From contig NC_081398.1 in assembly GCF_030684315.1 (NCBI RefSeq), positions 6,428,385 to 6,492,384 on the forward strand: a DNA stretch of 64,000 nucleotides, written 5' to 3'. The translations under genes and the position numbers were made by a program. The notes beneath the pieces are model-generated. The model saw only the letters and a program-made list of their open reading frames with translations, made no database searches and was not told where the DNA came from. Positions 51,901 to 63,900 of the stretch are shown here, one piece after another (the stretch's first letter is position 1; the number at the start of each line of letters is the position of its first letter). The stretch comes from Stegostoma tigrinum. Its lineage: Eukaryota.

Positions 51901-54900
51901 CCATCCCCACCCCTGTCTGCTTTCCGGAGAGACCACTCTCTCCGTGACTCCCTTGTTCGCTCCACACTGCCCTCCAACCCCACCACACCCGGCACCTTCC
52001 CCTGCAACCGCAGGAAGTGCTACCCTTGCCCCCACACCTCCTCCCTCACCCCTATCCCAGGCCCCAAGATGACATTCCACATTAAGCAGAGGTTCACCTG
52101 CACATCTGCCAATGTGGTATACTGCATCCACTGTACCCGGTGCGGCTTCCTCTACATTGGGGAAACCAAGCGGAGGCTTGGAGACCGCTTTGCAGAACAC
52201 CTCCGCTCAGTTCGCAACAAACAACTGCACCTCCCAGTCGCAAACCATTTCCACTCCCCCTCCCACTCTCTAGATGACATGTCCATCATGGGCCTCCTGC
52301 ACTGCCACAATGATGCCACCCGAAGGTTGCAGGAACAGCAACTCATATTCTGCCTGGGAACCCTGCAGCCTAATGGTATCAATGTGGACTTCACCAGTTT
52401 CAAAATCTCCCCTTCCCCTACTGCATCTCTAAACCAGCCCAGTTCGTCCCCTCCCCCCACTGCACCACACAACCAGCCCAGCTCTTCCCCCCCCCACCCA
52501 CTGCATCCCAAAACCAGTCCAACCTGTCTCTGTCTCCCTAACCAGTTCTTCCTCTCACCCATCCCTTCCTCCCACCCCAAGCCACACCCCCATCTACCTA
52601 CTAACCTCATCCCACCTCCTTGACCTGTCCGTCTTCCCTGGACTGACCTATCCCCTCCCTACCTCCCCACCTATACTCTCTCCACCTATCTTCTTTAGTC
52701 TCCATCTTCGGTCCGCCTCCCCCTCTCTCCCTATTTATTCCAGTTCCATCTCCCCATCCCCCTCTCTGATGAAGGGTCCAGGCCCGAAACGTCAGCTTTT
52801 GTGCTCCTGAGATGCTGCTTGGCCTGCTGTGTTCATCCAGCCTCACATTTTATTTCTTGGAATTCTCCAGCATCTGCAGTTCCCATTATCTCTGACTTCC
52901 AGAAGTCTCCTGCTTTTTGTCTGGAACCTACTTAATGGTTGAGGGATGTGCCTCTCTCCTCCTCATGCTTTCTGCAGTTTTGATCTTGATTCTGCAAGAG
53001 ACTCATGAACATATAGAGGGAAGTCAACGCCGACAAGCGGGGGGGGAATAGCCATTTGGAACTGGCTTATCTGCCTCTGATTAAATCCCTTACTGCTCGA
53101 CAATCTTCTAAATCATCTCTCAGCCAGCACAGAGCTTGAGGGATAAGGAGCTGGTAAAGTTAGAAAGCAACAATAATTGCAAAGATGTAACACCCTCTGA
53201 TTCAAGAAATCCCTCCTCATTCTCTGTCCTGGAGGACTTGCCGTTATTCTAAGATTGCACTGTCTCATCCTATCTTTGCCATTCAGGGGAAATACCCTTG
53301 TCTACATCGTGCCACACCTTGTGAGCATTGTGCAAGGCTGGACGAGATCATTTCTCTGTTAGTCTGTGGAATGCAGATATATGGGGACGGCAAACTTCGT
53401 TTTAACCGGCACTTTCCGATCAAACGGCAGCCTCGGTAACATAGCGACTGCGACATCTGAGACAATAAAATGTGAGGCTGGATGAACACAGCAGGCCAAG
53501 CAGCATCTCAGGAGCACAAAAGCTGACGTTTCGGGCCTAGACCCTTCATCAGAGAATAAAATATTACATTTGCGTGTACACCAGGCACTACGATTCTTCT
53601 ACTTACCATTTGTATTTACATTGATTTTAGGAAGTTTTTACATTGATTTTTTTGAACCTTGCTGATACCTCAAAATTTCATTTGGTCAGGATTGACAGCG
53701 TTTCTCTGTGCCCATTGATTATCCGGAATATTTAGCGAACAGGCATGTCGTGGTCCACTAGGTGCCAGTTAATAAAAGGCGCTACGTATGGAGGTCGGCC
53801 GCAGATCAACCAATGAATGGTGAAACAGGCTCAAAGAGCTGAATGGCCGACTTCTGCTCCTAATAAGGAATTTGGAGCTGTTACAATTGGCCCCACATTC
53901 CCCCTCCCCCCCCACAACTTATTGCCTCACCCTCCAAACAGGATGGGAGGATTTACCAGAATAAATTTACTTGGAATAACAGACACATCAAATAGGGACA
54001 CAGAACCAAACTATGAAAATTGGGATCGAGGGTTGATTAAGAAAATAAGATTAGAAATTGTACAGGCCCCTAAGAGGGGAGAGGGAAAACCCCTTTCTTA
54101 AATGTTGCTGAACAGAGAGACGTGAGAGGGTAGGTTCACTGTTCCCTGAAAGTGGAGTCCCAGGCAGACAGGATAGTGAAGAAGGCATTTAGTACGCTTG
54201 CCCTATATTGGTCAGTGCACTGAGTGTAGAAGTTGGGATGTCATGTTGTGGACTTACAGGACATTGGTCAGGCCACTTTCAGAATACTGTTCAATTCCAG
54301 TGTCCCTCCTATAGAAAGGATGTTGACAGGGTTCAGAAAAGATCTACAAGCGTGTTGGCAGGGTTGGACGGTTTGACCTATAGGGAGAGGCTAAATAGGC
54401 TGGGGCCATTTTCCCTAGAGTGTTGGAGGCTGAGGGGTGACCTTATAAAGGTGTATAGAATCATGAGGGCAATAGATCGGCTGAATAGCCAAGGTCTTTT
54501 CTCCAGGGTACAACAGTCCAAAACTAGAGGGGCATAGCTTTAATGTGAAGGAAAGGGAAATATTTAGAAGAGACCTAAGGGGCAACTTTTTCACACAGAG
54601 GGTGGTGTGTGTATGGAATGAGCTGCCAGAGGAAGTGGTAGAGGCTGGTACAATTATTGTATCAGAGATAATGGGAGCTGCAGATGCTGGAGAATCCGAG
54701 ACAACAAAGTGTGAAGCTGGATGAACACAGCAGGCCAAGCAGCATCTTAGGAGCTCAGAAGCTGAAGATGAAGGGTCTAGGCCCAAAACGTCAGCTTTTG
54801 TGCTCCTAAGATGCTGCTTGGCCTGCTGTGTGGGTACATGAATGGGAAGTGTTCACTGCGATATGGGCTGGACTAGATTAATTTGGGATAGTGGTCGGCG

Positions 54901-57900
54901 TGGATAAGTTGGACCAGAAGATCTGGTTCCATGCTGTATGGGTCTATGCATCTGTGTATGGAACTCAATCACCCCTTGCACATTTGACATAAAACTGTCT
55001 CTCTCTCTCTCTCTCTGTGTCTTTCTCTGTCTCTCTCCTGTAATGTGATCTGCTTCTAAAACATCAATATTTATTTGCCTGAGTTCTGTAGCTTCTATTT
55101 CTTTCTCCACAATAAAAACTGATGTGGAATATTCACTTAATATCTCTCCTATCCAAAGAATCTCTTTGGATTATCCTTAACCTGATCTGCCAATACTATC
55201 TCATAACCCTTCTTTTTCTGTCCTTCAGGATGGAAAGAGATCCTTCTTTGCCAATCGTAACTCCAAACTAAACTAGTCCCAGCTACCTATTCCTGGTCCA
55301 TACAAGACCAAAGCATTCCTACTCATGTACTTATCCAAATGTCTTTTAAACGTTGTAACTATACCCATATCCATCACTTTCTCAGGGAGTTCATTCCACA
55401 CATGAACTGCTCTCTGTGTGAAAAGATTCCCCTCAGGTCTTTATTAAATCGGTCTCCTCTCACCTGAAAAATATGCCCCCACTCTTGAAATCCCCCACTC
55501 TAGGGAAAAGACACCTGCTATTTGTCTTATCTATATCATTCATTATTTTATAAACCTCTACAAGGTCACCTCTCAACCTCTACTCTCCAGTGATAAAAGT
55601 CGCACCCTGTCCAGTCTTTCTTTATAACGCAAACCTTCCATACCCGGCAACATCCTGGTAAATCTCTTCTGAACTCTCTCCAGCTTAATAATACTCTTCC
55701 TGTGACAGGGTGACCAGAAGTGGACACAGTATTCCAGAGGACGCCTCACCAGTATCCTGCACAAGTTCAATAATAACATCCCAACTTAACAGACTGAGCA
55801 ATGAAGGCAAGTATACCAAACGTCTTTTTAACCATCCTGTCTATATGTGATTATTCAAGGGATTCATTTGTACTCAGAGCTGTCTATCTCTAATATAAGA
55901 TTCTCTTTTATTCTTGACGAGAATGTCAGTGTCTTTATTCATCTATTATTCCTCAATCTCACCTGCCTCACCTTAACAGGAACATAGTTATTCTGAACTT
56001 TCATCATCATGCTTTTGAAAGCCTCTCTCCCCAGACCTTGTTGAGATTCTCCAGCAACTTCCTCATGCTCTGACGCCAGATCACAGGGCTCATCTCTTCC
56101 TCCAGCTTCCTGTGATACTGATGCCGATCCTGCAAGACATTCCTCAACGTTAGGAGAGAAGACAAAGCCAATGAGAGGAGGAGAGACAGACTTTTGGAGT
56201 CGGTTCATCTGTCTCTTAATTACACAAGAGCCCTTCAATCAAATCCTGAACTGTCCCTTAGTAAATGCAGAGCCTGGGGGCTAAGGAGCTAGGAAAGCAG
56301 AACATCGTGGCTCAGTGGTTAGCACTGCTCCCTCACAGTGCCAGGGACCCAGATTCAATCCCAGCCTCGGGTGAGCATCAGCGTGGAGTTTGCACAGTCT
56401 CCCCGTGTCTGCGTGGGTTTCCTCTCACAGTCCAAAGATGTGCAGTTTAGGTGGAGTTGGCCATGAGCTAAAATGCCCCATTGTGACCTGGGATGTGCAG
56501 ACATGTTAGGTTAACTATGCTAAAAGCAGGTTATGGTGGTAGGGTGGGATGATCTTTGAAGGGTCAGTGCAGACTTAATGGGTCAAGTGGCCGTTTTTTG
56601 CAGTGCACGACTTCTATGAAACTGTGGCTGGATAATTGGAAGAACGGGCTAGTTTCTCAACAGCAAGGCTTTGGAATTCTGAAGTACAAAGGGACTTTAG
56701 ACTCTTAGTTCAGGATTCTCTTAAAGTTAACATGCAGGTTCAGTTGGCAGTTAGGAAGCCAAATGGAACTTAGCATTCATTTTGAGAGAGCTAGAATACA
56801 AGAGTAGGGATGCACTGCTGAGGCTGTATAAGGCTCTGGTCAGACTGCATTGCTTCAGTGGCAGGATCCTAGGAGAAAGCGCGAGGACAGCCTGGGAAGG
56901 TAAGCTTCCACCCAATAAATTTGGGAGTTGACTAACACCTGAGACCCTACACGCGCATTGTCTCCCACCCTTCCACCTCCTCTAACCTAAGAATAACAAC
57001 TAAGTGTGGTGAGCAGATAAGCTATTTACATTTTTTTTTCCTCATCTCTTTGTTATCTTTCAGGGTGATCACCGAGACACCAAATCCTCTGGGAAGGGGT
57101 TGGAAGGCAAAGTTTATTTCAGTATATAACGGAGTAAACTTACTCCGTTACTACTGCAGCAAACACTGCGAAATTTTTAAAAAACTAATTAATTTTAAGT
57201 AATTAACTAAATAGAGATGGCAGGCCAGGTCATGTGTTGTAGCTGTATGATGTGGGAGCTGGCTGATCCCATTGACAACGGCAGTGACCACATCCGCAGC
57301 AAGTGTTGGCTGTTTGAGGAGCTCCGGCTCAAAATTGATGAAGCTGGAATCCGAACTGTAATCACTGCTGCACATCCGGGAGGGGGAGAAATACCTGGAT
57401 ACTGTGTTCCAGGAAGCAGTCCTACCTGGTAGATTAACTAATGTTAATTCAATTGGTGGGCAAGGACAGCAGTGTGTGACTGCGAGTGAGGCAGACAGAG
57501 GGACCCTGCAGACAGGAACAGAGGAGCCGCAGCCCTTGACATTGTCCCACAGGTATGAGGCACTTGCTCCCTGCGTGGATGAGGAGCAGGGCTGCAGGAA
57601 GGATGGGTCAACTGACCATGGCACCACGGCCCAGCGGCCATTCAAGAGGGAGGAGCTAAAAGACAGACTGTAGTTGTAGGGGATTCCATCATCAGGGGGA
57701 TAGACAGTATCCTTTGTGAGCAGGATAGAGAATCCCACATGGTGTATTGCCTGCCTGGTGCCAGGGTGCGAGGCATCTCTGACCGGCTTGAGAGGATACT
57801 AGAGAGGGAGGGAGAGGATCCAATTGTTGTGGCCCACGTAGGTATCAACAATATAGGCAGGGCTGGGAAAACAGGCCTGTTTCAAGATTATGGAAAGCTA

Positions 57901-60900
57901 GGAACAAAATTAAAAAACAGGTCTTCAAGGGTCATAATCTCTGGATTGCTGCCTGAGCCACATGTAAATTGGCAGAGGGAGGCGAGGATCAGGGAAGTAA
58001 ACATGTGGCTAAAATAGTGGTGTGGAAGAGAGAGTTTCCTTTTCATGGGGCACTGGCATTAGTTCTGGGACAGGAGGGATCTACCGCTGGGATGGACTCC
58101 ACCTGAACAGGGCCAGGCCCAGTGTTCTGGCAAAAAGGGTAAATAGGGTGGTTCATAGGGCTTTAAATTAGTAAGGAGGGGGGAAGGGAGAAGTGAGCGT
58201 AGAGGGAGAATAACAATTAGTGTAAGGCAAAGCAGCAGGTTAGCAGGTGACGAGGAAGCTTCAACTTCATGGAAAATCAGGAAAAAAGTTAAAGGGAGGA
58301 GAACTCAAGAGCTGTTAGTAATGGAGGTGATAGGGCCCAAAAAGAAGGCGCAAAAACTGGCATTAGGGCACTTTATCTGAATGCTCAGAGTATTCGAAAC
58401 AAGGTGGGTGAGTTGACGGTGCAAATCGTGGCAAATGGGTATGATTTAGTGGCCATTACAGAGACACAGCTACAGGATGGTCATGACTGGGAGTTATATA
58501 TCCAGGGGTATCAAACTGTTCTGAAGGACAGACAGAAAGGTGAGGGAGGTGGTCTCACTCTGATTTTTAAGGATAATATCAGGGCAGTAGTGAGAGATGA
58601 TATCGGCTCTACTGAACAAAATGTTGAATTCATTTGCGTGGAAATTAGGAATAGCAGGGAGAAAAAGTCATTCATGGGTGTGGTCTATAGGCCACTAAAT
58701 AATGACATCGTGGTGGGGAGGGCAATAAACATAGAAATAGCGAATGCATGTAAAAATGGTGCAGCAATTATCATGGGGGATTTTAATCTACATAACGATT
58801 GGTCAAACCAGGTCGGTCATGGAAGCCTTGAAGAGAGGTTCACAGAATGCGTCTGCGATAATTTCTTTGAACAATATGTAATGGAACCTACGAGGGAGTA
58901 AGCCATCCTAGATCTAGTCCTGTGTAATGAGACAGGAATAATTAATGATCTCACAGTTAGGGATCCTCTCGGAAGGAGCAATCACAATGCAGTCGAATTT
59001 AAAATACAGATGGAGCGCGAGAAGGTTAAATCCAGTACCTACGTCCTGTGCTTACACAAAGGAGACTATGAAGGAATGAGGAAGGAGTTAGCTAAGGTTG
59101 AATGGGAACAAAAACTTTATGGTGGGTCAATTGAGGAACAGTGGAGGACTTTCAGAACAATTTTTCACAGTGCTCAGCAGAAGTATATTCCAGTGATAAG
59201 GAAGAACTGTAGGAAAAGAGATAGTCAACCATGGATGTCTGAGGAAATAAAGAAAAGTATCAGACTGAAAAAAAAAAGCACATACAAAAAAGCAAAGAGT
59301 AGTGGGAAACTAGTAGACTGGGAACTCTTTAAAGGCCAACAGAAAGCCACAAAAGAACTTATAAAGAAAGATAAGATAGATTATGAGAGTAAACTAGCTC
59401 AGAATATAAAAACAGGCAGCAAAAGTTTCTATAAATATGTAAATCGTAAAAGTGTGGCAAAGGTAAACATTGGTCCTTTAGAGGATGAGAAGGCCAATTT
59501 AATAACGGGGAATGAGGAAATTAAACAATTATTTCATGTCGGTCTTCACAGTGGAAGACACAAATAACATGCTGAAAACTGAAGGCAAGAAGTTTATCGC
59601 AGGTGAGGACCTAGAAACTAATGTTATCACTAAGGAGGCAGTGCTGGGCAAACTAATGGGGCTAAAGGTAGACAAGTCTCCTGGCTCTGATGAAATGCAT
59701 CCTAGGGTACTAAAAGAGGTGATAGGGGAAATAGCAAATGCACTAGTAATTATGTACCAAAGTTCACTGGACTCTGGGGTGGTTCCCGCAGATTGGAAAA
59801 CAGCCAATATGCTGTCACTGTTTAAAAAAGGAAGTAGACAAAAAGCATGTAACTATAAGCCAGTTAGCGTAACTTTGGTAGTGGGGGAAATGCTTGAATC
59901 TATCATTAAGGAAAAAATAGCAAGACATCTGGATATAAATTGTCCCAGTGGGAACACCCAGCATGGGTTCATGAAGGGTAAGTCATGTTTAACTAATTTA
60001 GTGGAATTCTTTGAGGACATTACTTGCATGGTGGACTATGGGGAACCTGTGGATGTGGTGTATCTGGATTTCCAGAAGGCATTTGCAAGACCAAAAGCTG
60101 CTACATAAGATAAAGTTGCATGGTATTACAGGTAATGTATCGGCATGGATAGAGGATTGGTTGACCAGTAGAAAGCAAAGACCAGGGGTAAATGGGTTTT
60201 TCTGGTTGGTGGTTAGTGGCTAGTGGTGTGCCTCAGGGATCAGTGTTGGGACCTAAATGATTTCAAATTTACGTGGATGATTTGGAGTTGGGGACTAAGT
60301 GTGGTGTGTCAAAATTTGCTGATGACACTAAGCTGTGTGGTAGAGCAAAGTGTGCAGAAGAAACTGAAAGTCGACAGAGGGATATAGAGTCTAGGTGAGT
60401 GGGCAAAGGTCTGGCAGATGGAGTACAATGTTGATAAGTGTGCGGTCATCCATTTTGGTAGGAATAACAGCAAAATGGACTATGTTTTAAATATAGTAAA
60501 AATATTTTGAAAAGTAAAAAATTGTAGCACACTGCTGTGCAGAGGGACTTGCCCATGAATCGCTGAAGGTGGGATTGCAGGTGCAGCTGGTAATTAAAAA
60601 GGCAAATGGAATTTTGTCTGCCATTGCTCAAGGGATGGAATTTAAAAACAGGGAGGCTATGCTGCATCTATATAGGGTCCTGGTGAGGCCACACCTGGAG
60701 TATTGTGTGCAGTTTTGGTCTCCTTACTTGAGAAGAGATATACTAGCACTGGAGGAGGTGCAGAGAAGATTCACTCGGTTGATTCCAAAGTTGAGAGGGT
60801 TGGATTATGAGGAGAGACTGAGTAGACTGGGATTATGCTCATTGGAATTCAGAAGAATGATGGGAGGTTTTATAGAAACATATAAGATTCTGAAGGGAAT

Positions 60901-63900
60901 AGATAAGGTGGAGGCAGGGAGGTTGTTTCTGCTAGCAGGGGAAACTAGGACTAGAAGGCATCACCTCAAAATAAAGGGAAGCAGATGTAGGACTGAGGTC
61001 AGGAGGAATTTTTTCACCCAAAGGGTTGTGAATCTGGGGAATTCCCTGCCCAGTGAAGTGGTTGAAGTTACCTCACTGAATGTTTTTTAAGGCAAGGCTA
61101 GGTCAATTTTTGAAGAGTAAAGGAATTAAGGGTTATGGTGAGTGGGCGGGAAAGTGGAGCTGAGTCTCAAAAACATCAGCCATGATCTTATTAAATGGTG
61201 GGGCAGGCTGAAGGGGCCGGATGGCCCACTCCTGCTCCTAGTTCTTATGTTCATATGTTATATTTTTGGTCAGAAAGTAAGAATGATTCCAGGGACTGGA
61301 GCAGGCCATTCAACCCATTGGATCCATTCTATCATTGAGCCAGATGGCTGCTCATGGTATCCAGAGTGAGGAAGAGGATGGGAATTGGAATGTGGTAAGC
61401 CCTGCTCAGCTGGGATTTCTTTCAACATCCTATGGATTTCAGGGCTAATGGAGAATTTTCCAAGGAGTGGCACCAGGCGACCGTCTACTAACTGCAATGA
61501 AACCTTCTAGATGTTCTGATTTGAAAGGATACACTTGCAGGGTGGGAGGTAGAAGGTATGGTGGATGAATTTCCTTGGTGTCATGCACAATTTTCTAGAG
61601 AATTGCCTTTGATTCCACAACATCAGATGGAAAGACATCAGAAAATCCGGTCTAACATCTCAGACCAGGATTTGTCCTTGAGCATTCAGAACTAGCACCG
61701 CCCCCCCCAACCCCCGCCAAACCCCCGATAACCCTGACGCCTGTAAAAAAAGATGCTACAATAATTAGCTCACGAATGTACACACTAGTCAGTTTCCTCT
61801 CTTTGACAATGAAGATTATTGCAGCCAGCACGCATAGGAGGATTCCAGAGACCAGCCAAGCTACCGTCGGCATCCATTCCATATCAGTGTAAAATTCCAG
61901 AGGGGCCTTTCCTGGAAAGGAGAAAGAACCATTGGGTTAGACAGGAACCAACTCCGGGAAAAGCGCTTTCTCACTCCCTCTGCTCACGCCCTCAACTGAA
62001 TTCAAAGCTTGCTGGAGATTTCATTCCAGACAGCATTCTGAGGGAGATATCGGAGGAGTAGGGTTGAGGGTAACAGAAAGACAGCCACGTGTACTACCCG
62101 CGAACCCCTGCCCTCTGTTCTCCTCCTCTCCAGCCCTGATTTCAACCATTATCCTCTCTCTCTTTCTGTCTCTCTCTCCTCCTCTCTCTCTCTCTCTCTC
62201 TAATTCTCTCTCTCTCCACTTCTCTTTCTATCTCTCCCTCTCTCCAACCCAACTCGGTACAGTCATAGAGCACAGAAACGGACCCTTTGGCCCAACCAGT
62301 CCACACTGACCATAATTCGAAACTAAACTAGTCCCACCTGCCTGTGCTTGGCCCACATCCCTCCAAACTCTTCTCATTCATGTGCTTAAATAAATGTCTT
62401 TTAAATGTTGTAACTGTACCTAAATCCACCATTTCCTCTGGCAGCCCATTTTATGTGCGAACCAGTCTGTGTAAAAAAAAATTGCCCCTCGTGGCATTTA
62501 AAAATATTTCTCCTCTAACCTTAAAATAATATCCCCTAGTCTTGAAATCCCCCACCCTAGGGAAAGACTCTCTCTTTCTCTCAGTCTCTCTCTTTCTCTG
62601 ACTGCCTCAGTCTCTCTCTCTCTCAACTCTTTCCCTCTCTTTCTGTCTCTCTCAGTCTCTGTTTCTCTGTCTTTCTCTCCCTCTCTCTCCCCATGTCTCT
62701 CCCCGTTTCTCTTCCTCTCCCTCTGCCCTACCATCTGTGTCTGTCTCTCTCTCTCTGTTTCTTTCTCTCCCCTCTCTGTTCCCCTCTCTCTTCCCTTCTC
62801 GCGCTCTCTCTCTCTCTGTCTTGCTTGTTGCATCTTTGGCTCTCTCCCTCTCCTCTTTTGTCTGCCTCTTTTTCTGACATTCTCTCTCTCATCGTTTCGC
62901 TCTTTCCCTCCCTCTCTGTCTCCCTCCCTCTCGCTCCCTCTATCTCTCTCTCCATCTCAATCTATCTCTGTCTGTCCCTGTCTGTTTCTCACTCAAGGCT
63001 CACACTCAGTGTGTTCCCAAGGGAGTCCTATCCTATCAGACACTCACTCATCTTTCAGATAGTGGCAATCTGAATTCACAAACTACCCTCCTTACCCAGT
63101 CTGATCTACACATGACTCCAGACACTACAACCAGTGTGGCTGACTCTTAAATGCCCCCCTGCAACAGCTGACCAAGCCCCTCAAGGGCAAACAGGGAAGG
63201 GCAATAAATGCTGGCCCAGCCAGACACACCCACATCCTGTGAATGATTTAAAACAGAATCAAATCTGATCCTGAGTAATTGCGTCTAGAAGCTGCTCTGT
63301 CACTGAAGTTAAGCTGACAGTGTTTGAGGCAACTGACTAATGCCTATGGCACAGGAAGAGGACCTTCAACCCATCCATGGATGGAACCAGAAAGAGGCTT
63401 TTTGGCCCATCTGTGGTGGATTATAGCACAGACAGAGGCCCTTCTGCCCATCTGTGGGGTTCCACAGTGCAAGATGGGGCCTTTCAGCCCATCTGTGGAG
63501 ATCTAGAGCATAGGAAGATGCCATTCTGCCAATCTGTGATGGTCTGGAGCCCAGGAAAAGGCATTTTAGCCCATCTGTGGAGCGCTATAGTAAAAGATGA
63601 GGCTTTTCAGCCCATCTGTGGAAGTCTACAGAACAGAAAAGGGCCATTCAGCCCATCTATATTAATCTCATTTCCCAGTACACTTGGCCCACAGCCTTGG
63701 TGTCGCAAGAGCACATCTCAACGCTTCCTCAAGGTGATGAGGGGTTTCTGCCTCTCCCACCCACACAGGCAGTGAGTTCCAGATTCCCCACCACCCTCTG
63801 GGCAAATCCCACCACCTTCGTTCAATGAGGGGGAAACAAATGCTTGCAATCCTTGAGTCTGGCGAGTCCAAGGAACAACTGAAAAATTGCGGCCTGTGCC

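Larger units (their letters stand above)
50463..52892. mobile_element. Penelope-like retroelement, fold-back of two GIY-YIG-coding 3' halves, 15-bp TSD
   Basis: Both arms encode PCNRRKCYPC...NVVYCIHCTRCGFLYIGETKRRLGDRFAEH (GIY-YIG). Arms 50463-51588 and 51733-~52859; TGACTTCCAGAAGTC at 50448-50462 and 52893-52907. Confidence 0.93.

Noticed and set aside
50801-52610. Long ORFs antisense to the GIY-YIG frames (e.g. 51314-52072 +, 51609-52007 -)
   Set aside because: Shadow and chimeric frames created by the Penelope palindrome; not host genes.
53607-53661. Strong minus-strand donor (ATG|gtaagt) as the missing phase-fixing exon
   Set aside because: The frame needed for a phase-0 exit contains TAA, and the acceptor is weak.
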